Part shown: in pieces, positions 12,710-24,513 of the stretch
Numbering within the stretch: position 1 is the stretch's first letter
Layout of the letters: every line of letters starts with the position of its first letter
From: Lingula anatina
Taxonomy: Eukaryota > Animalia > Brachiopoda
Direction: 5' to 3'
Assembly: GCA_051362555.1 (NCBI GenBank)
Contig: CM120649.1
Coordinates: 15,328,567 to 15,392,566 of the forward strand
DNA: 64,000 nt
Translations under genes and position numbers: made by a program
The notes under the pieces: model-generated
The model's input: only the letters and a program-made list of their open reading frames with translations
The model's database searches: none
What the model was told of the DNA's origin: nothing

Positions 12710-13380
12710 GGCCCCTATTTCACACGAATCCCACGAATCGCCAGGAATTGACAAATTTTAGGATTCGTAAGGATTCGTGAGATTTTGCCAATTTTCTGGT
12801 CTTATTCGACACGCTCACGATTCACTTGCGATACAGGTACGATAGTGTTACGAATATTCGTTGGATTCGGCTGGAATCGTGAGATTTTGCCAATTTTCTG
12901 GTCTAATTCGACACGCTCTACGATTCAGTTACGATACAGGTGCGATAGTGTTACGAATATTCGTGGGATTCGGCTGGAATCGCACGAATATTGTCCAGAA
13001 ATTCACTACGATTTTTTGGAATCGGGAGTTCGTGGCCAAAACTATGAACAGCTCAAAATTTTTGCCACGAATTCCCGATTGATCAAGAATTGCAAGAACT
13101 TACTACGATTATATACGAATCTGTTAAGAACTTCACGAACTGATTACGATTCAACCAAGTTTTCAATTCCTGGCGATTCGTGGGATTCGTGGTCTGTGTG
13201 AAATAGGGGCATCAAAGTTTTTGCCACCCATTCCTGTTGGTCAAGAAGTGCAAGAACTGACTACGAATATATACGAATCTGTTAAGAACTTCACGAACTG
13301 ATTACGATTCAACCACGAATCGTGAAATTTGTCAATTCATGGCCATTCGTGGGATTCGTGGTCTGTGTGAAATAGGGGCA
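12710..13380. mobile_element. PIF/Harbinger-type MITE with a duplicated right end
   Basis: taa|GGCCCCTATTTCACAC ... GTGTGAAATAGGGGCA|taa (TAA TSD). A second right-end copy ends at about 13211; internal GATTCG/CGAATC repeats. Confidence 0.8.
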
Positions 13381-13762
13381 TAAATAACAATGTACTTACT
13401 GGTATCTCAGAGTCAAGGAAAACAACCAAGTCAGAGAATTACCCCAAAAGAGACCGCAAAGAGAGTCACACCTTATATACAAGTTCAGATAGTACACGTT
13501 TACCAATCAGAACCAATTATACAGTGAACAGTTTTACCTTTAAGTTATCAATCACGGGAGAGATTCAAACGTGCACACCGGGTAACACTTTACTTTTAGA
13601 GACATCAACCGGTAGCAATACAAAACAATCTCATCTAACACACTACATCGTAACAATATTTTTTATTATCATTAAGGACCCAACTTGGGCGGTAAGAGCG
13701 GAATTAACTATAACTGTTAAAACTGCCTAAGTCAGATCGTTCACCGAGTCTATTCGACGCCT

Positions 13763-14624
13763 TAGAAAGTCCGATCGTGCATTTCATTACTATGCTATGT
13801 AAAAGGGGATTCCCCAAGTCCGATCGGACTAAGTCGCGCATGCTCAGTTTGACCGTGAGTTTGGGGATTTTCCAAGTTCTTTCATCGGCGTGTGACGGCA
13901 CAGGCATGATTAGGGCTGGAGGGAAATAATATGGTAAATTATGTTACGTATGAGGTTGTTTCGGACGCTCCTGGATTTAATGAGGCCCATATAATAAAAT
14001 AGTGTGTAAGATTTGAAACATTTGTTTACATTGTTTACCTAGACTACGTCAATCAGCAATAGAAAGTCCGATCGTGCATTTCATTACTATGGGTGCTTTC
14101 CCAGAGATTTAGATCGATCTAAAGATTAAGTTTTAGATCGACCTAACTCCCTGGGGGTTCACGCTAAATTGCAGTCAGCCGAGCGGGCACCATAGTTATA
14201 ATTTCCTCTTTACAGCTTTTAGTAGGCGGGACAGACGCTTAAGCCGGCCAAGCTGACAGTAATCTAGTGAGACTCCCCACAGGGATAGATCGATCTAAAA
14301 ATTTATGGGAATGGGGTGTATGCTATGTATAAGGGGATTTCCAAGTCCGATCGGACTATGTCGCGCATGCTCAGTTCGAACCGTGCCGTTTGGGGATTTT
14401 TCCAAGTCCTCTTAATATCGGCGTGTTACTGCACATACATGACCAGGACAGGAGGGAAATTAAATGGTTAATTATGTTATGTATGAGGTTGCGTCGGACG
14501 CTCCTGGGTTTAATGAGGCCCATTCAATAGTGCGTAAGGTTTGAAACATATTCTGTCTACATTGTTTACCTAACCTGCTACGTCAATATACACAGAAACT
14601 GTTCAATACTCGACCCATTTCACA
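13763..14624 (+). promoter_or_regulatory. Tandemly duplicated upstream/promoter module of B-box gene copy B with kB-like sites
   Basis: Two ~290-bp copies (13763-14053 and 14060-14588, the second interrupted by a MITE). kB-like sites at 13805, 13863, 14333 and 14392; TACGTCA near 14579; good start context ACAATGG at 14625. Confidence 0.6.
14091..14318. mobile_element. Small MITE inserted in the second promoter copy
   Basis: Absent from the first copy (ACTATGCTATGT). TAT is duplicated at the flanks; imperfect inverted ends share TTCCCA..TAGATCGATCTA. Confidence 0.65.
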
Positions 14625-14913
14625 ATGGCAGATGAGGACAGTTACAGGCTGTTAGACTTGTCTCCCCCTCAGACAGGCGCTAGCCCTCACAGTCAGCCTA
14701 ACATGTCTGAAAGTCATCAATCAACTCATCCAGGATTCGGACAGGAAGAAGCCCAACAAGGAAATAGGCCTAACTATGACTACAGTCTCTTAGCATTCTT
14801 AGAAAACTGCTTGTCCTCACCTTCAGTGCCACACACACCATGTCATAGTGGCGCAGTGATGAACATTCAGGGTGCTATGCCAGCTGGATCAGCAAATGGC
14901 CAAATGTATGAAC
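14625..14913 (+). pseudogene. Exon 1 (5' part) of B-box gene copy B, interrupted by Gypsy
   Basis: ATG at 14625, MADEDSY...GQMYE, then runs into the LTR and stops at 14927. Homologous to 1-171. Confidence 0.8.
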
Positions 14914-15113
14914 TGTTAATGAAATAAGTCAAACACGTGGATATAACTGAACCGGAAGTGCCCTGGGAGCGTTTATTATATAACAAGTATCAATAAGAGG
15001 GAGCATCCCTTAACATCCTCCTTTTCCCATAAAAAAAGAAAAAAGAACAACTATAATAATCACGAACAAGTCAACATTTCAAAATAAACGCAATAACTTG
15101 AAACAGTGTAAAT

Positions 15114-15145
<32 letters not shown>

Positions 15146-18100
15146 CTGAACAAGTCCATATCATATGTTTAATTATGTTCTAAGATCAACTTAAGTCACT
15201 TTCTGGTTTATATTGTCCTGACTTTGTAATATGGAGCACTACTCAAAACATTATACTATAACTAAAAAACAAACTACTATTTTACAATGGGGTCATTGAG
15301 GTAGACTGCCTCTCACCCTTTTCTGCCATGGGTATTATTCTGACCCATCACTTAGAATACACAACATAATCTCCTAAGTATTTTGGCTTCTTCAAGAGTC
15401 TACCGAACCGAGTGGTATGGACCTCCTCTTCACTGCTCTGTGGTGGAGGTGTAGTTTTGCACGGCGTACTGGGAGTTGACTTTATGGGACTGGGTATCAT
15501 AATTGGTTCGCTGGTAACGTCAGTGGGTTTAATCGGTACCTCTGGTGTTTCTGCAGCTACTGTCCCCCGGGATTGGTTTGGAGTGGTGACCTCTCGACTA
15601 GGTCTGAGGTGACTACGGTTCCTGCGGTAAATTTTGTTGTCTTGCTCCACTAGATAGGATCGAGGGGCGAGTTTCTCCACTATTCTGCCAGCAGACCATG
15701 AGACTGACGATTGCGGCCTTAGATTGGTACGCACAGGCTGTCCGATAACCAGAGGAGGCAGTTCCTTGCTTCCTTTGTCATAACACTTCTTTGCTATTCT
15801 CTTCTGGTTTACTTGTTTCTGAAATACCTGGTCTTTTGGTACTACTTTTGGCTCTAGCTTGTCACAGCGTACGGGAATGAGCGATCTAGTGCGCCTACTC
15901 ATCAACTTTTGTGCTGCACTCCCCGTGTTGTCTGCGGCTGGCGTGTTTCTGTGCTCTAAAACTGCTAACCACAAATCGGTACCGTCTTGTTTTGTTCTCT
16001 TGATCAGGGTCTTTGCCACTTTAACAGCTGCCTCAGCTGTGCCGTTACCACTGGGGTGGTGGGGAGATGATGTATGATGGTTAATCTTCCACGCCTCGGT
16101 GAACTCTCGGAATTGCTGACACTGATATTGAGGCCCGTTGTCAGAGATAAACAGCTTTGGAATGCCATGTCGAGCAAACTGCTGCTTCAATTCATTGATC
16201 ACTGCTTCTGAAGTAGTGTCACTGAGTTGAGTGATCTCCCAGTACTTTGAGAAATGATCTACAAGCAGCAAATAATGTTCCCCTTGAATGGAAAATAAAT
16301 CACTGCTGACGATTTCAAATCGCTCCTTGGGTATAGGCTGAGAATGCATTGGCTCTTTCTGTTGGCGAGGCTGATTTTCCTGACAGACGTTGCAAGTTGC
16401 TACCACATTGCGAATGTCATTGCTGATCTGAGGCCAGAAAATCGCATCTCTAGCTTTACGTATAGCTGTCTCTGTTCCTTGATGAGTTGCATGGACTCTC
16501 TCCAGCATCTGTTTACGTAAGATAGTAGGAATTACTACTCTGGTGCCTCGATAGAGGATGCCATCTTGACAGGATAACTCGTCTCTATATGGCCAGTATT
16601 CACGGCATAACAGGGGAACTTGAGTTTTGTCACTAGGCCATCCTTCCATGACTAGGATCAGCAGTGACTGCATAGCGTCATCCCGAAGTGTATGAGTCTT
16701 TACTTGCTCCAGAGACTCATCGGACACATTGTTGTACTGCGAGTAATCAATCTCCTCGACTTCTTTGGCCAACTTCTGCTCGGATTCTACTGTGTAAATC
16801 TCGTAATCTGAGTTCTCCTTGGTAGTTACTGACTTGGACGCAGTTGCTCTAGATAATGCATCAGAGATATACATCTTTTTACCACGCTGGTACTTCACCT
16901 CAATATGGTATTTCTGTAGCCTGAGGCGCATGCGTTGAAGTCGCTTTGGGGCAGCCAAGATTGGTTTCTTGAATATTGTCTCTAGGTTTTGGTGATCCGT
17001 GAGTACTGTGATATAGTCTCGGCCATGGAGATACTGATCGAAACGGTTACATGCAAATGTTATGGCCAAACACTCTTTTTCCATCTGAGAATAGTTGCGC
17101 TCTGTTTTGGACAATGCCCTTGATGCAAAAGCTACAGGTTGTCCAGCTTGCAGTAAGACTGCACCTAACCCGTAATCGCTGCTATCGGCTTCTACTGTAA
17201 CTTCCTCTGTTAGGCTATAGTATCTCAAAACTGGGGTCATTGTCAACATTTGTTTCAATGTACAGAACGTCTGCTCGTGCTGATCTGACCATATAAAGGG
17301 TGCATCTTCAGTCGTCAAGCGTCTCAGTGGTTCGCTCACTGTTGATAAATGAGGGCAGAACTTGGCCAGGTAATTCACCATGCCAAGTAGTCTTTTCACC
17401 GCTTTAGCGTTCTCCGGCCTTTCCATTTCTACTATGGCCTGCACCTTCAATGGATCTGCTTTCAAACCTTCATCTGAGATCACGTGCCCGTGATAAGTAA
17501 CTGAGTTCAATTTGAATCGAAGCTTAGTCTTGTTCATTTTGAAGTTCCTCTCACGACATCTCTCTAATAGTGCTATCATATTTTCGTCATGATTCTTGAT
17601 CGCTTCCTCAGAGGTATCTCCTTTACCATACACCAGGATGTCGTCTGCGATGGTCTGGACTCCGTCAAGACCGTCCAGTAGGTCTATAACTCGCCTCTGG
17701 AACTCTTCCGGGGCTGATGAGATGCCGAATGGTAAACGTCGCCAACGATACCTGCCAAATGGCGTATTGAATGTCGTAAGAAGGCTGGACTCCTCATCTA
17801 ATCTCACCTGAAGGAAACCATCTCTAGCATCTATAACGCTAAATACTTTTGCATTAGTCAAGTTTGCACTTACTTCCTCCAAGGTTGGAAGTTTGAATTT
17901 TGGAATCTTTACAGCTTTGTTGAGTTCTTTTGGGTCTAGGCATATTCTTAACTTGCCTGGCTTCCTCACCGCCACCATCGAGCTTATCCAATCCGTTGGC
18001 TGATTTACCCTCTCAATGATGCCTTGTTTCACCATGCTCGCCAGCTTTTCTTTTAGCTCTTTTCTCAAAGCTACTGGTACGGACCTTGGTGAGTCTTGTT

Positions 18101-19900
18101 TTGGTATAACCTTAGGGTCCAGCTCAATGTGGTATTCTCCTAGGTCACCTAAACCACTAAACACATCATTATACTTGGCGAAGATATCATCCTCTGACAG
18201 TTCCGTGCTAACAACGTTGATGAGAACATCTCTCTTTATCTTCATCAGACCAAATCTCTCTGACGTCTCTCCATTGAGTAACGAACAAGTGACATTTTTC
18301 ACTACAAGAAACTTTACGTATTCTTCACGGTTGTTTATTCTCATGTTAAGTGTCACCTGCCCCATATTCTCAACACGGTTACCACTGTATGAGGTTAGTC
18401 TCTTGCTGCTTTTCTTCAAGACTGGCTCATTAGTGCTCATTATGCGACAGCAATCCTCATATCTCAAACAGTTTACACCTGCTCCATTGTCTAATTGGAA
18501 TACTTGTGGCATCCAAGAGCTGCTTCTCTTGTATTGGACTGATGGTTCAACAAGATATGTGGTCCTGCCGGTTTTAACTGTGAATACTGACGATTCGGAG
18601 TCGCTATCTTCAGGATCAGAATTATCGACTTGGTGGACTTTGGCCCCTTGTGACCTACACATGCTAGCGAAATGATTTAGACGTCCACACTTCTTACAGC
18701 GGCGACCCCATGCTGGGCATTGACGCTTGGGATGTTGCGTCCCGCAGTAGCTACAATCCGAATGGCTCTTCTGTTTTTGCTCTCCTTTCTTGTCTGTCTT
18801 GTGTTCAGATACTGCCGTCTTCATCTTTGTCCCGGCTTTTTTCATTTTTGGTTTCACAGCATGCACAGTTTCGACCTCACCATCTATGGCTTTAAGTTGC
18901 TGCGTCGTCATTTCACTCGCACGACACGTGTCAATACACTTTGCTAATGTAAGGTCCTTTTCACGCAACAATCTAGCCCGGACAACAGAGTCTCTCACCC
19001 CTATCACAATACGGTCTCTGATCATTTCATCTAAAAGCGTTCCATACTTGCAAGTGGCACTGAGTTTCCGCAGCCTGTTCACATAGGCATCAATCCCTTC
19101 ACTGGGCTCTTGTGTACAAGTATTAAACACGTATCTCTCATAAACAATGTTGCGTTGTGGCTCAAAATGATTTGTCAAAGCTTCCAGTATTATTTTAGAG
19201 TCCTTGCGATCATCATCACTCAGGGCTAAATTCTGAAATATTTGAAAACAGTCTTTGCCCATGACCGTAAGTAAGGTAGCTACTCTTATCTCTTCCGACT
19301 TAAGATTTAGTTCTGTTGCAATTTCATAATTCTTCCATGTGTCTCTAAAAAATTGCCAGTTAGTTGCACAATGTCCCTTCACGTCCATAGGCTGTGGCGG
19401 AGGTAACAAATTCGCTGTTGCAGGGGTAACTGGGGGTGTACTAGTACTGGTAGACATGATTAATCTATGTAACAAATACACAGTTTCTGCAGTTCTACTT
19501 TCAGGTCACAATCAGCAGTATTTGCTTGTTAAATCTGTCCAGTTTGTAACTTCTAAAAAAAAAACTCATGAATATATGTCTTTCACTAATCACCAGAGTT
19601 TTTTTTTATTATCGACTTCCGATGCCTGAATTTCTGTTCAGTCGGTTCCACTTTTCATCCATAAAATCGTATGATCAACAGATTTCTTCTTTGTATCACA
19701 CATACCTTCTGTTTCTCTGGTCCTTTAACTTAGTTCTTGACCACTTTAGAAATCGTGTCTTCAGCTTATGTAGACGTGAGCACGAAATTCTGACACCATG
19801 TTAATGAAATAAGTCAAACACGTGGATATAACTGAACCGGAAGTGCCCTGGGAGCGTTTATTATATAACAAGTATCAATAAGAGGGAGCATCCCTTAACA
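14914..19900 (-). mobile_element. Full-length Ty3/Gypsy LTR retrotransposon (Mag-like), recent insertion
   Basis: Identical 102-bp TG..CA LTRs (14914-15015, 19799-19900). TSD TGAAC (14909-14913 and 19901-19905). PBS TGGTGTCAGAA (tRNA-Leu-like, 19798-19788). PPT GGGAAAAGGAGGA next to the 3' LTR. Confidence 0.97.
15348..19481 (-). CDS. Gag-Pol polyprotein (Gag zinc knuckles, protease, RT, RNase H, integrase)
   Basis: Uninterrupted 1377 aa: CKKCGRLNHFASMC, LDNGAG, RLPFG..IADDIL, ADSSDYGLGAVL, HATH..CNVC, SDNGPQY, GTAEAAV. Confidence 0.95.
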   Translation of the reverse strand: MYLLHRLIMSTSTSTPPVTPATANLLPPPQPMDVKGHCATNWQFFRDTWKNYEIATELNLKSEEIRVATLLTVMGKDCFQIFQNLALSDDDRKDSKIILEALTNHFEPQRNIVYERYVFNTCTQEPSEGIDAYVNRLRKLSATCKYGTLLDEMIRDRIVIGVRDSVVRARLLREKDLTLAKCIDTCRASEMTTQQLKAIDGEVETVHAVKPKMKKAGTKMKTAVSEHKTDKKGEQKQKSHSDCSYCGTQHPKRQCPAWGRRCKKCGRLNHFASMCRSQGAKVHQVDNSDPEDSDSESSVFTVKTGRTTYLVEPSVQYKRSSSWMPQVFQLDNGAGVNCLRYEDCCRIMSTNEPVLKKSSKRLTSYSGNRVENMGQVTLNMRINNREEYVKFLVVKNVTCSLLNGETSERFGLMKIKRDVLINVVSTELSEDDIFAKYNDVFSGLGDLGEYHIELDPKVIPKQDSPRSVPVALRKELKEKLASMVKQGIIERVNQPTDWISSMVAVRKPGKLRICLDPKELNKAVKIPKFKLPTLEEVSANLTNAKVFSVIDARDGFLQVRLDEESSLLTTFNTPFGRYRWRRLPFGISSAPEEFQRRVIDLLDGLDGVQTIADDILVYGKGDTSEEAIKNHDENMIALLERCRERNFKMNKTKLRFKLNSVTYHGHVISDEGLKADPLKVQAIVEMERPENAKAVKRLLGMVNYLAKFCPHLSTVSEPLRRLTTEDAPFIWSDQHEQTFCTLKQMLTMTPVLRYYSLTEEVTVEADSSDYGLGAVLLQAGQPVAFASRALSKTERNYSQMEKECLAITFACNRFDQYLHGRDYITVLTDHQNLETIFKKPILAAPKRLQRMRLRLQKYHIEVKYQRGKKMYISDALSRATASKSVTTKENSDYEIYTVESEQKLAKEVEEIDYSQYNNVSDESLEQVKTHTLRDDAMQSLLILVMEGWPSDKTQVPLLCREYWPYRDELSCQDGILYRGTRVVIPTILRKQMLERVHATHQGTETAIRKARDAIFWPQISNDIRNVVATCNVCQENQPRQQKEPMHSQPIPKERFEIVSSDLFSIQGEHYLLLVDHFSKYWEITQLSDTTSEAVINELKQQFARHGIPKLFISDNGPQYQCQQFREFTEAWKINHHTSSPHHPSGNGTAEAAVKVAKTLIKRTKQDGTDLWLAVLEHRNTPAADNTGSAAQKLMSRRTRSLIPVRCDKLEPKVVPKDQVFQKQVNQKRIAKKCYDKGSKELPPLVIGQPVRTNLRPQSSVSWSAGRIVEKLAPRSYLVEQDNKIYRRNRSHLRPSREVTTPNQSRGTVAAETPEVPIKPTDVTSEPIMIPSPIKSTPSTPCKTTPPPQSSEEEVHTTRFGRLLKKPKYLGDYVVYSK

Positions 19901-19905
19901 TGAAC

Positions 19906-19949
19906 CAGCCACCCTTCCATTGTCCAGAAACAATAGATTTGGACATGTG
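19906..19949 (+). pseudogene. Exon 1 (3' part) of B-box gene copy B
   Basis: Removing the element and one TSD restores YEPATLPLSRNNRFGHV|gtgagt. Total exon CDS is 333 nt, phase 0. Confidence 0.8.
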
Positions 19950-20424
19950 GTGAGTAGACCAAATTTGCATTCATTCACAGAATTGCGTAAATTTAACTAT
20001 ATTATCAATTAACCTAAAATAAATCTATTTAGGTTATTGATATTAAAGTTGAACAAGTTACAGTTAACCAAAAGGGCACCCGGGAGAATGTTGTGTGTAC
20101 GCGCACCGCCGTCGTGCCAGCCTGTTGTGAAGAACTGGATCATTTCGGATCCGAACGACGGGGTTGTCACTGTGTTTTCAGCTATCATCTGCCATTAAAT
20201 CTTGTAGGCCCCTATGCAACGAAAGAGAGGGGGGGTTCCCAATATCTGGGTCGAAGGGGCTTTGGGTTGTTTCTTTTAATCAAAATGATTTTAAGTTCAG
20301 TTTGGTGTGTAAAGTAGGCCTACATCGAGATATGGGGGGAGGAGGAGAGAAGGTGGAATCGCCGTCATGGTCAGCCTGTTGGGTGAAAATGGTTCATTTC
20401 GTATTTTAAAACACACCCATCACA

Positions 20425-23400
20425 TTTTTTATGTACAGACACAGATGTTGCATATATGCGACGGCATCGGCAGGTGATGGCAATATGTACAGACACATCT
20501 GTGTCTGTACATAAAAAACAGATAAGCTAATTGTCATTAAACTCACAGGAGTGGTCAATCCTGCTAAAACGCAGGTTGAGTTCAAAAATCAGCATAATCG
20601 GGCCATTATTTTAGAAGTTATGCTGTTTTTTCACATTTCATCAGATTCAATTCCTAGGCATGTTAACAGTTTCATTATTTAATTAATAAGATATGTAAAA
20701 GTGTTTGTTTGACATTTCCTGCATCTTTACTACATTGTTAGTTGATTTTGTAAAAACGATGGTAAACTTGTTGTCGTGTATTGTGTAATAAAGTTTCAAA
20801 AATGGAAATATACTCATACCATTGCAGTTTGTCAGATTCAATCATTCACTATGTTCAGAATCTCAGAATGGAAGAAATTGGACATTTAACACTGCTCTAT
20901 TGATATTTTTCCCATCTCATCAATTTTTTTAGTTGATCATATAAAAATGGCAGTAAACTGTTAATTTTGATATATGTTAAAAATGGAAAAAAAAACATTT
21001 CAGAACAGTGCTGTCTTGTTTGCATTTTGGCATTTTCAAGTTGTGACTTTGAAGTTCCATGGGCCTGAAGACCTTTGCTAGTCACATTTTCTGAATATCC
21101 ATGATACTAATATTTTATTCTTAAAAATTGATGGTCATTATGCCGGTAAACATTATGTAATATTGCATCAAAATTTGAAAAAAAAGCTATTTTGGGCACT
21201 GCTCCTATGATGACCATATAAGAAAAACCATGTCACTTACTGTTCTCAAACTTACAGGAAAGAATCATGGGACTAAAATACAGCTTCAGTAGGCAATGCA
21301 GTCTGTTTGGTAATTATTTCTGCCAGTTAAACACTTTTTGTGTGAAAATTTAATTTGAACTCCCATGGGCCTGAAGCTTTATGCTTGTTACACATTTTAC
21401 TTACATTGGTATTACCTGTTGAGCATAATTAAAATTTGATGTTGAATTTGCAGTTTAACATAATGTACTTTTGCATCAGAATTGACAGTAGCCTATTTTG
21501 TGCATAGTTATTTCCTGCTTTTTGTCTGTACAATTGACAGCTTTGCTGCCTTGTTTCAGCATATATGCAGCACCGATAACACGATAAGTAGAAAACCATT
21601 TTACCTTTTGGGCTTGAAACTTACAGAACTGATGAATATTCATAATACGCAGGTCAAGTTCGAAAATCAGCATTATCGGGCCACTTTTATGGAAGTTAAG
21701 CTGTTTTTTCACTTTTTTTCAGCATATATGCAACACTGATAACACAATATAAGAAAAACAGATAAGCCAATTGTCATTTTACTCACAGGAGTGGTCAATC
21801 TTACTAAAATGCAGGTTGAGTTCGAAAACCAGCATAATCGGTCCACTATTTTAGAAGTTATGCTGTTTTTTCACATTTCCTCAGATTCAATTCTTAGGCA
21901 TGTTAACAGTCTCATTATTAAACTAATAACATACGTAAATGTGTTTGTTTGGCATTTCCTGCATCTTTACAACATTGTTATTTGATTTTGTAAACTTGAT
22001 GGTAAACTTGTTATCGTGTATTGTGTAATAAAGTGTCAAAAATGGAAATAAACACATATCATTGCAGTTTGTCAGATTCAATCATCCACTATGTTCAGAT
22101 TCTCATAATGGAGGAAATTGGACATATAACACTGTTCTATTGATATTTTTCCCATCTCATCAGTTTTCTTAGTTGGTCATATAAAAATGGCAGTAAACTG
22201 TTTAATTTGTTTTATGTTAAAAAAGTCTTAAAAATGGAAATAAACCCATTTCAGAACAGTGCTGTCTTGTTTACATTTTGGCATTTTCAAGATGTGACTT
22301 TGAAGTTCCATGGGCCTGTAGACCTTTGCTTGTCACGTTTTCTGAATGTCCATGTTGCAAACATTTTATTATGAAAAATTGATGGTCATTATGCTGTTAA
22401 ACATTATGTAATGTTGCATCAAAATTTGAAGAAACCCCTGTGTATGGCACTGCTTCCATGACGACCATTTAAGGAAAATCATGTCACTTACTGTTCTCAA
22501 ACTTACAGGAAAGAAACATGGGACTAAAATACAGCTTCAGTAGGCAATGCAGTCTGTTTGGTAAATTTTTCTGGCAATTAAACAGTTTTTTGTGAAATTT
22601 TCATTTTTCACTTATTGGCATTTTCAAGGTGTGACTTAGAACCTCCACGGGCTTGAAGACCCATGCTAGTCACATTTTCTGAAAATCCATGATACGTATA
22701 TTTTATTATTAAAAATTGACGGTCATTATGCTGTTAACCATTATGTAATGTTGCATCAGAATAGAAGAAAACAATTTTTGGTGCTGCTGCCATGATGACC
22801 ATTATGGGAAAACCGTGTTACTTATGACTGTCAAACTTTCAAAAAAGAAACACAGGACTAAAATGCAGCCTGAGTTCGAAAATCAGTCTAATTAGCTTCT
22901 TTTTCCGGAAGTTATACATTTTAGTGAAATAATTATTATTATCTCTTTGGCATACTCATTGTTGGACGCGCAGCTCCCATGTACATGAAGCTGAATGGAA
23001 ATCAACTTTTCTACATGTCCATGCTATTTATAGTCAATATTAAAAAATTGGTGATAATTATTCTGTAATTTTTTATGAAATGTTACATCAAAATTGACGA
23101 AAATCTTTTTGCACTGCTACTGCAAACATTATGAAAAGAAAACTTACTATTATTTTTAACTTACAAGTATGATTTTTAGGATTGGCATGCAGTTCAAATA
23201 AGAAAGCCAGCTCAATTGGGTTATCATTTATTATTGAATTTATGCAATTATGTGTGAAAATTTCATTTTTCTCATTCTGGCACTTTCTAAGTATAAACTT
23301 GAACTCTGATGGGCCTAAAGCCTTATGCTTTTACTTACGTCGGTGTTACCTGTTGTGCATAATTAGAATTTGATGTTATTCCATCAGAATTGGTAGTCTC

Positions 23401-24513
23401 CTATTTTGTGCATTATTGTTTTGTGCTTTTCTTAAGATGTGACTTATGGGTTTGAAAGACCTTTGAGAGGGTCAGTCTGTAAATTTCCCTCGGGTATCAC
23501 TTAGCTTAGTTCAGAGTTATAAAGTCATTTGCCCATTTAATAGGCCATTAAATGAGATTACATAAAGCACAATGTTGATATTTCCCTGTAAACTCCCAAA
23601 GGTTAAGCTCTCTGCTAGATTAATAATAAGGAAGCAGTGATAATTATGCAGGTAAATTTTGTTTAATATTGCATATATATATATATATATATTTCAAACT
23701 TGAAGATTAAAAGTTTGAATAGCATCTTCATTGGAATTATATTTACCTCTGCCAAGGAGGTTATGTTTTCACCCCTGTTTGTCTGTCATCAACATAACTC
23801 AAAAAGTTATGGACCAGTTTTGATGAAATTTTCAGGAACTGTGGGCCAAGGAGGACAATGATTAGTTTTTGGTGGTAGTCCAGATTAATAATCAATCAAT
23901 AATCAATAATAATCAATAATTGCTGCCTTGGCAGAGGTCTGCGCTCTTGGAGAGCTTTTCTAGTTTTGTTATGTTTTCCTTTTTAATTTTTTCTCAAACA
24001 ATGGCATTTGTGACTTTAAACTCTCATCTGCATGAGGCTCTGCACACTTTCTGTATTTCCACATAAGCAGTTGTATTGTTTTTTATGTCTTTAAACATAA
24101 TGTAGTATTTTTTTATGCACTGTCATCATTTTTCATATATTGAGACTTTCATCATGTGAATTTGAACTCTCATGGTCCTGAAGCTGTAATCTTATTGAAG
24201 GGGTGGATTGAGACCATCTGGGTCTTCCGGAAGACGGTCAGGTTATTAAGTTTATATTGACTGGTATCTATTTTTTTCTGTTGGAAGACCATCAAATTGG
24301 AAGATGGATGTACATAGATACTTTGGAATACTGTCAGAAAATAACCCCTGGGTTTGCTCCTGTTATTGACCATGTTACCTGATGTGCATGATTAAAATTC
24401 AGTGTTGACTGACAGTGCTATTATAAGCATTATTTATTATTGCATCAAAATTGACAAAATGACCTTTATTTTCTGTTTTCTGTCTGTACATTTGACAGCT
24501 TTGCTGCCTTGTT
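20425..24513 (+). mobile_element. Composite HINE/Helentron-type insertion in the intron of copy B
   Basis: 5' T-run + subTIR ATGTACAGACA with an internal inverted copy/hairpin (20485-20518). 3' TGTCTGTACAT + CAGCTTTGCTG hairpin + CTTGTT at 24513, and a second 3' end at 21555. Absent from the 829-bp intron of copy A. Confidence 0.7.
23742..23965 (+). mobile_element. Short nested HINE of a second family
   Basis: subTIRs ACCTCTGCCAAGG (23745) and CCTTGGCAGAGGT (23926); 3' GCTCT..AGAGC hairpin and CTAGTT end; T-rich target. Confidence 0.75.

Noticed and set aside
12785-13201. 138-aa ORF
   Set aside because: Lies wholly within a repetitive Harbinger-type MITE.
15412-19086. Several plus-strand ORFs, including 18016-18675 (219 aa)
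   Set aside because: Antisense shadows of the Gypsy polyprotein.
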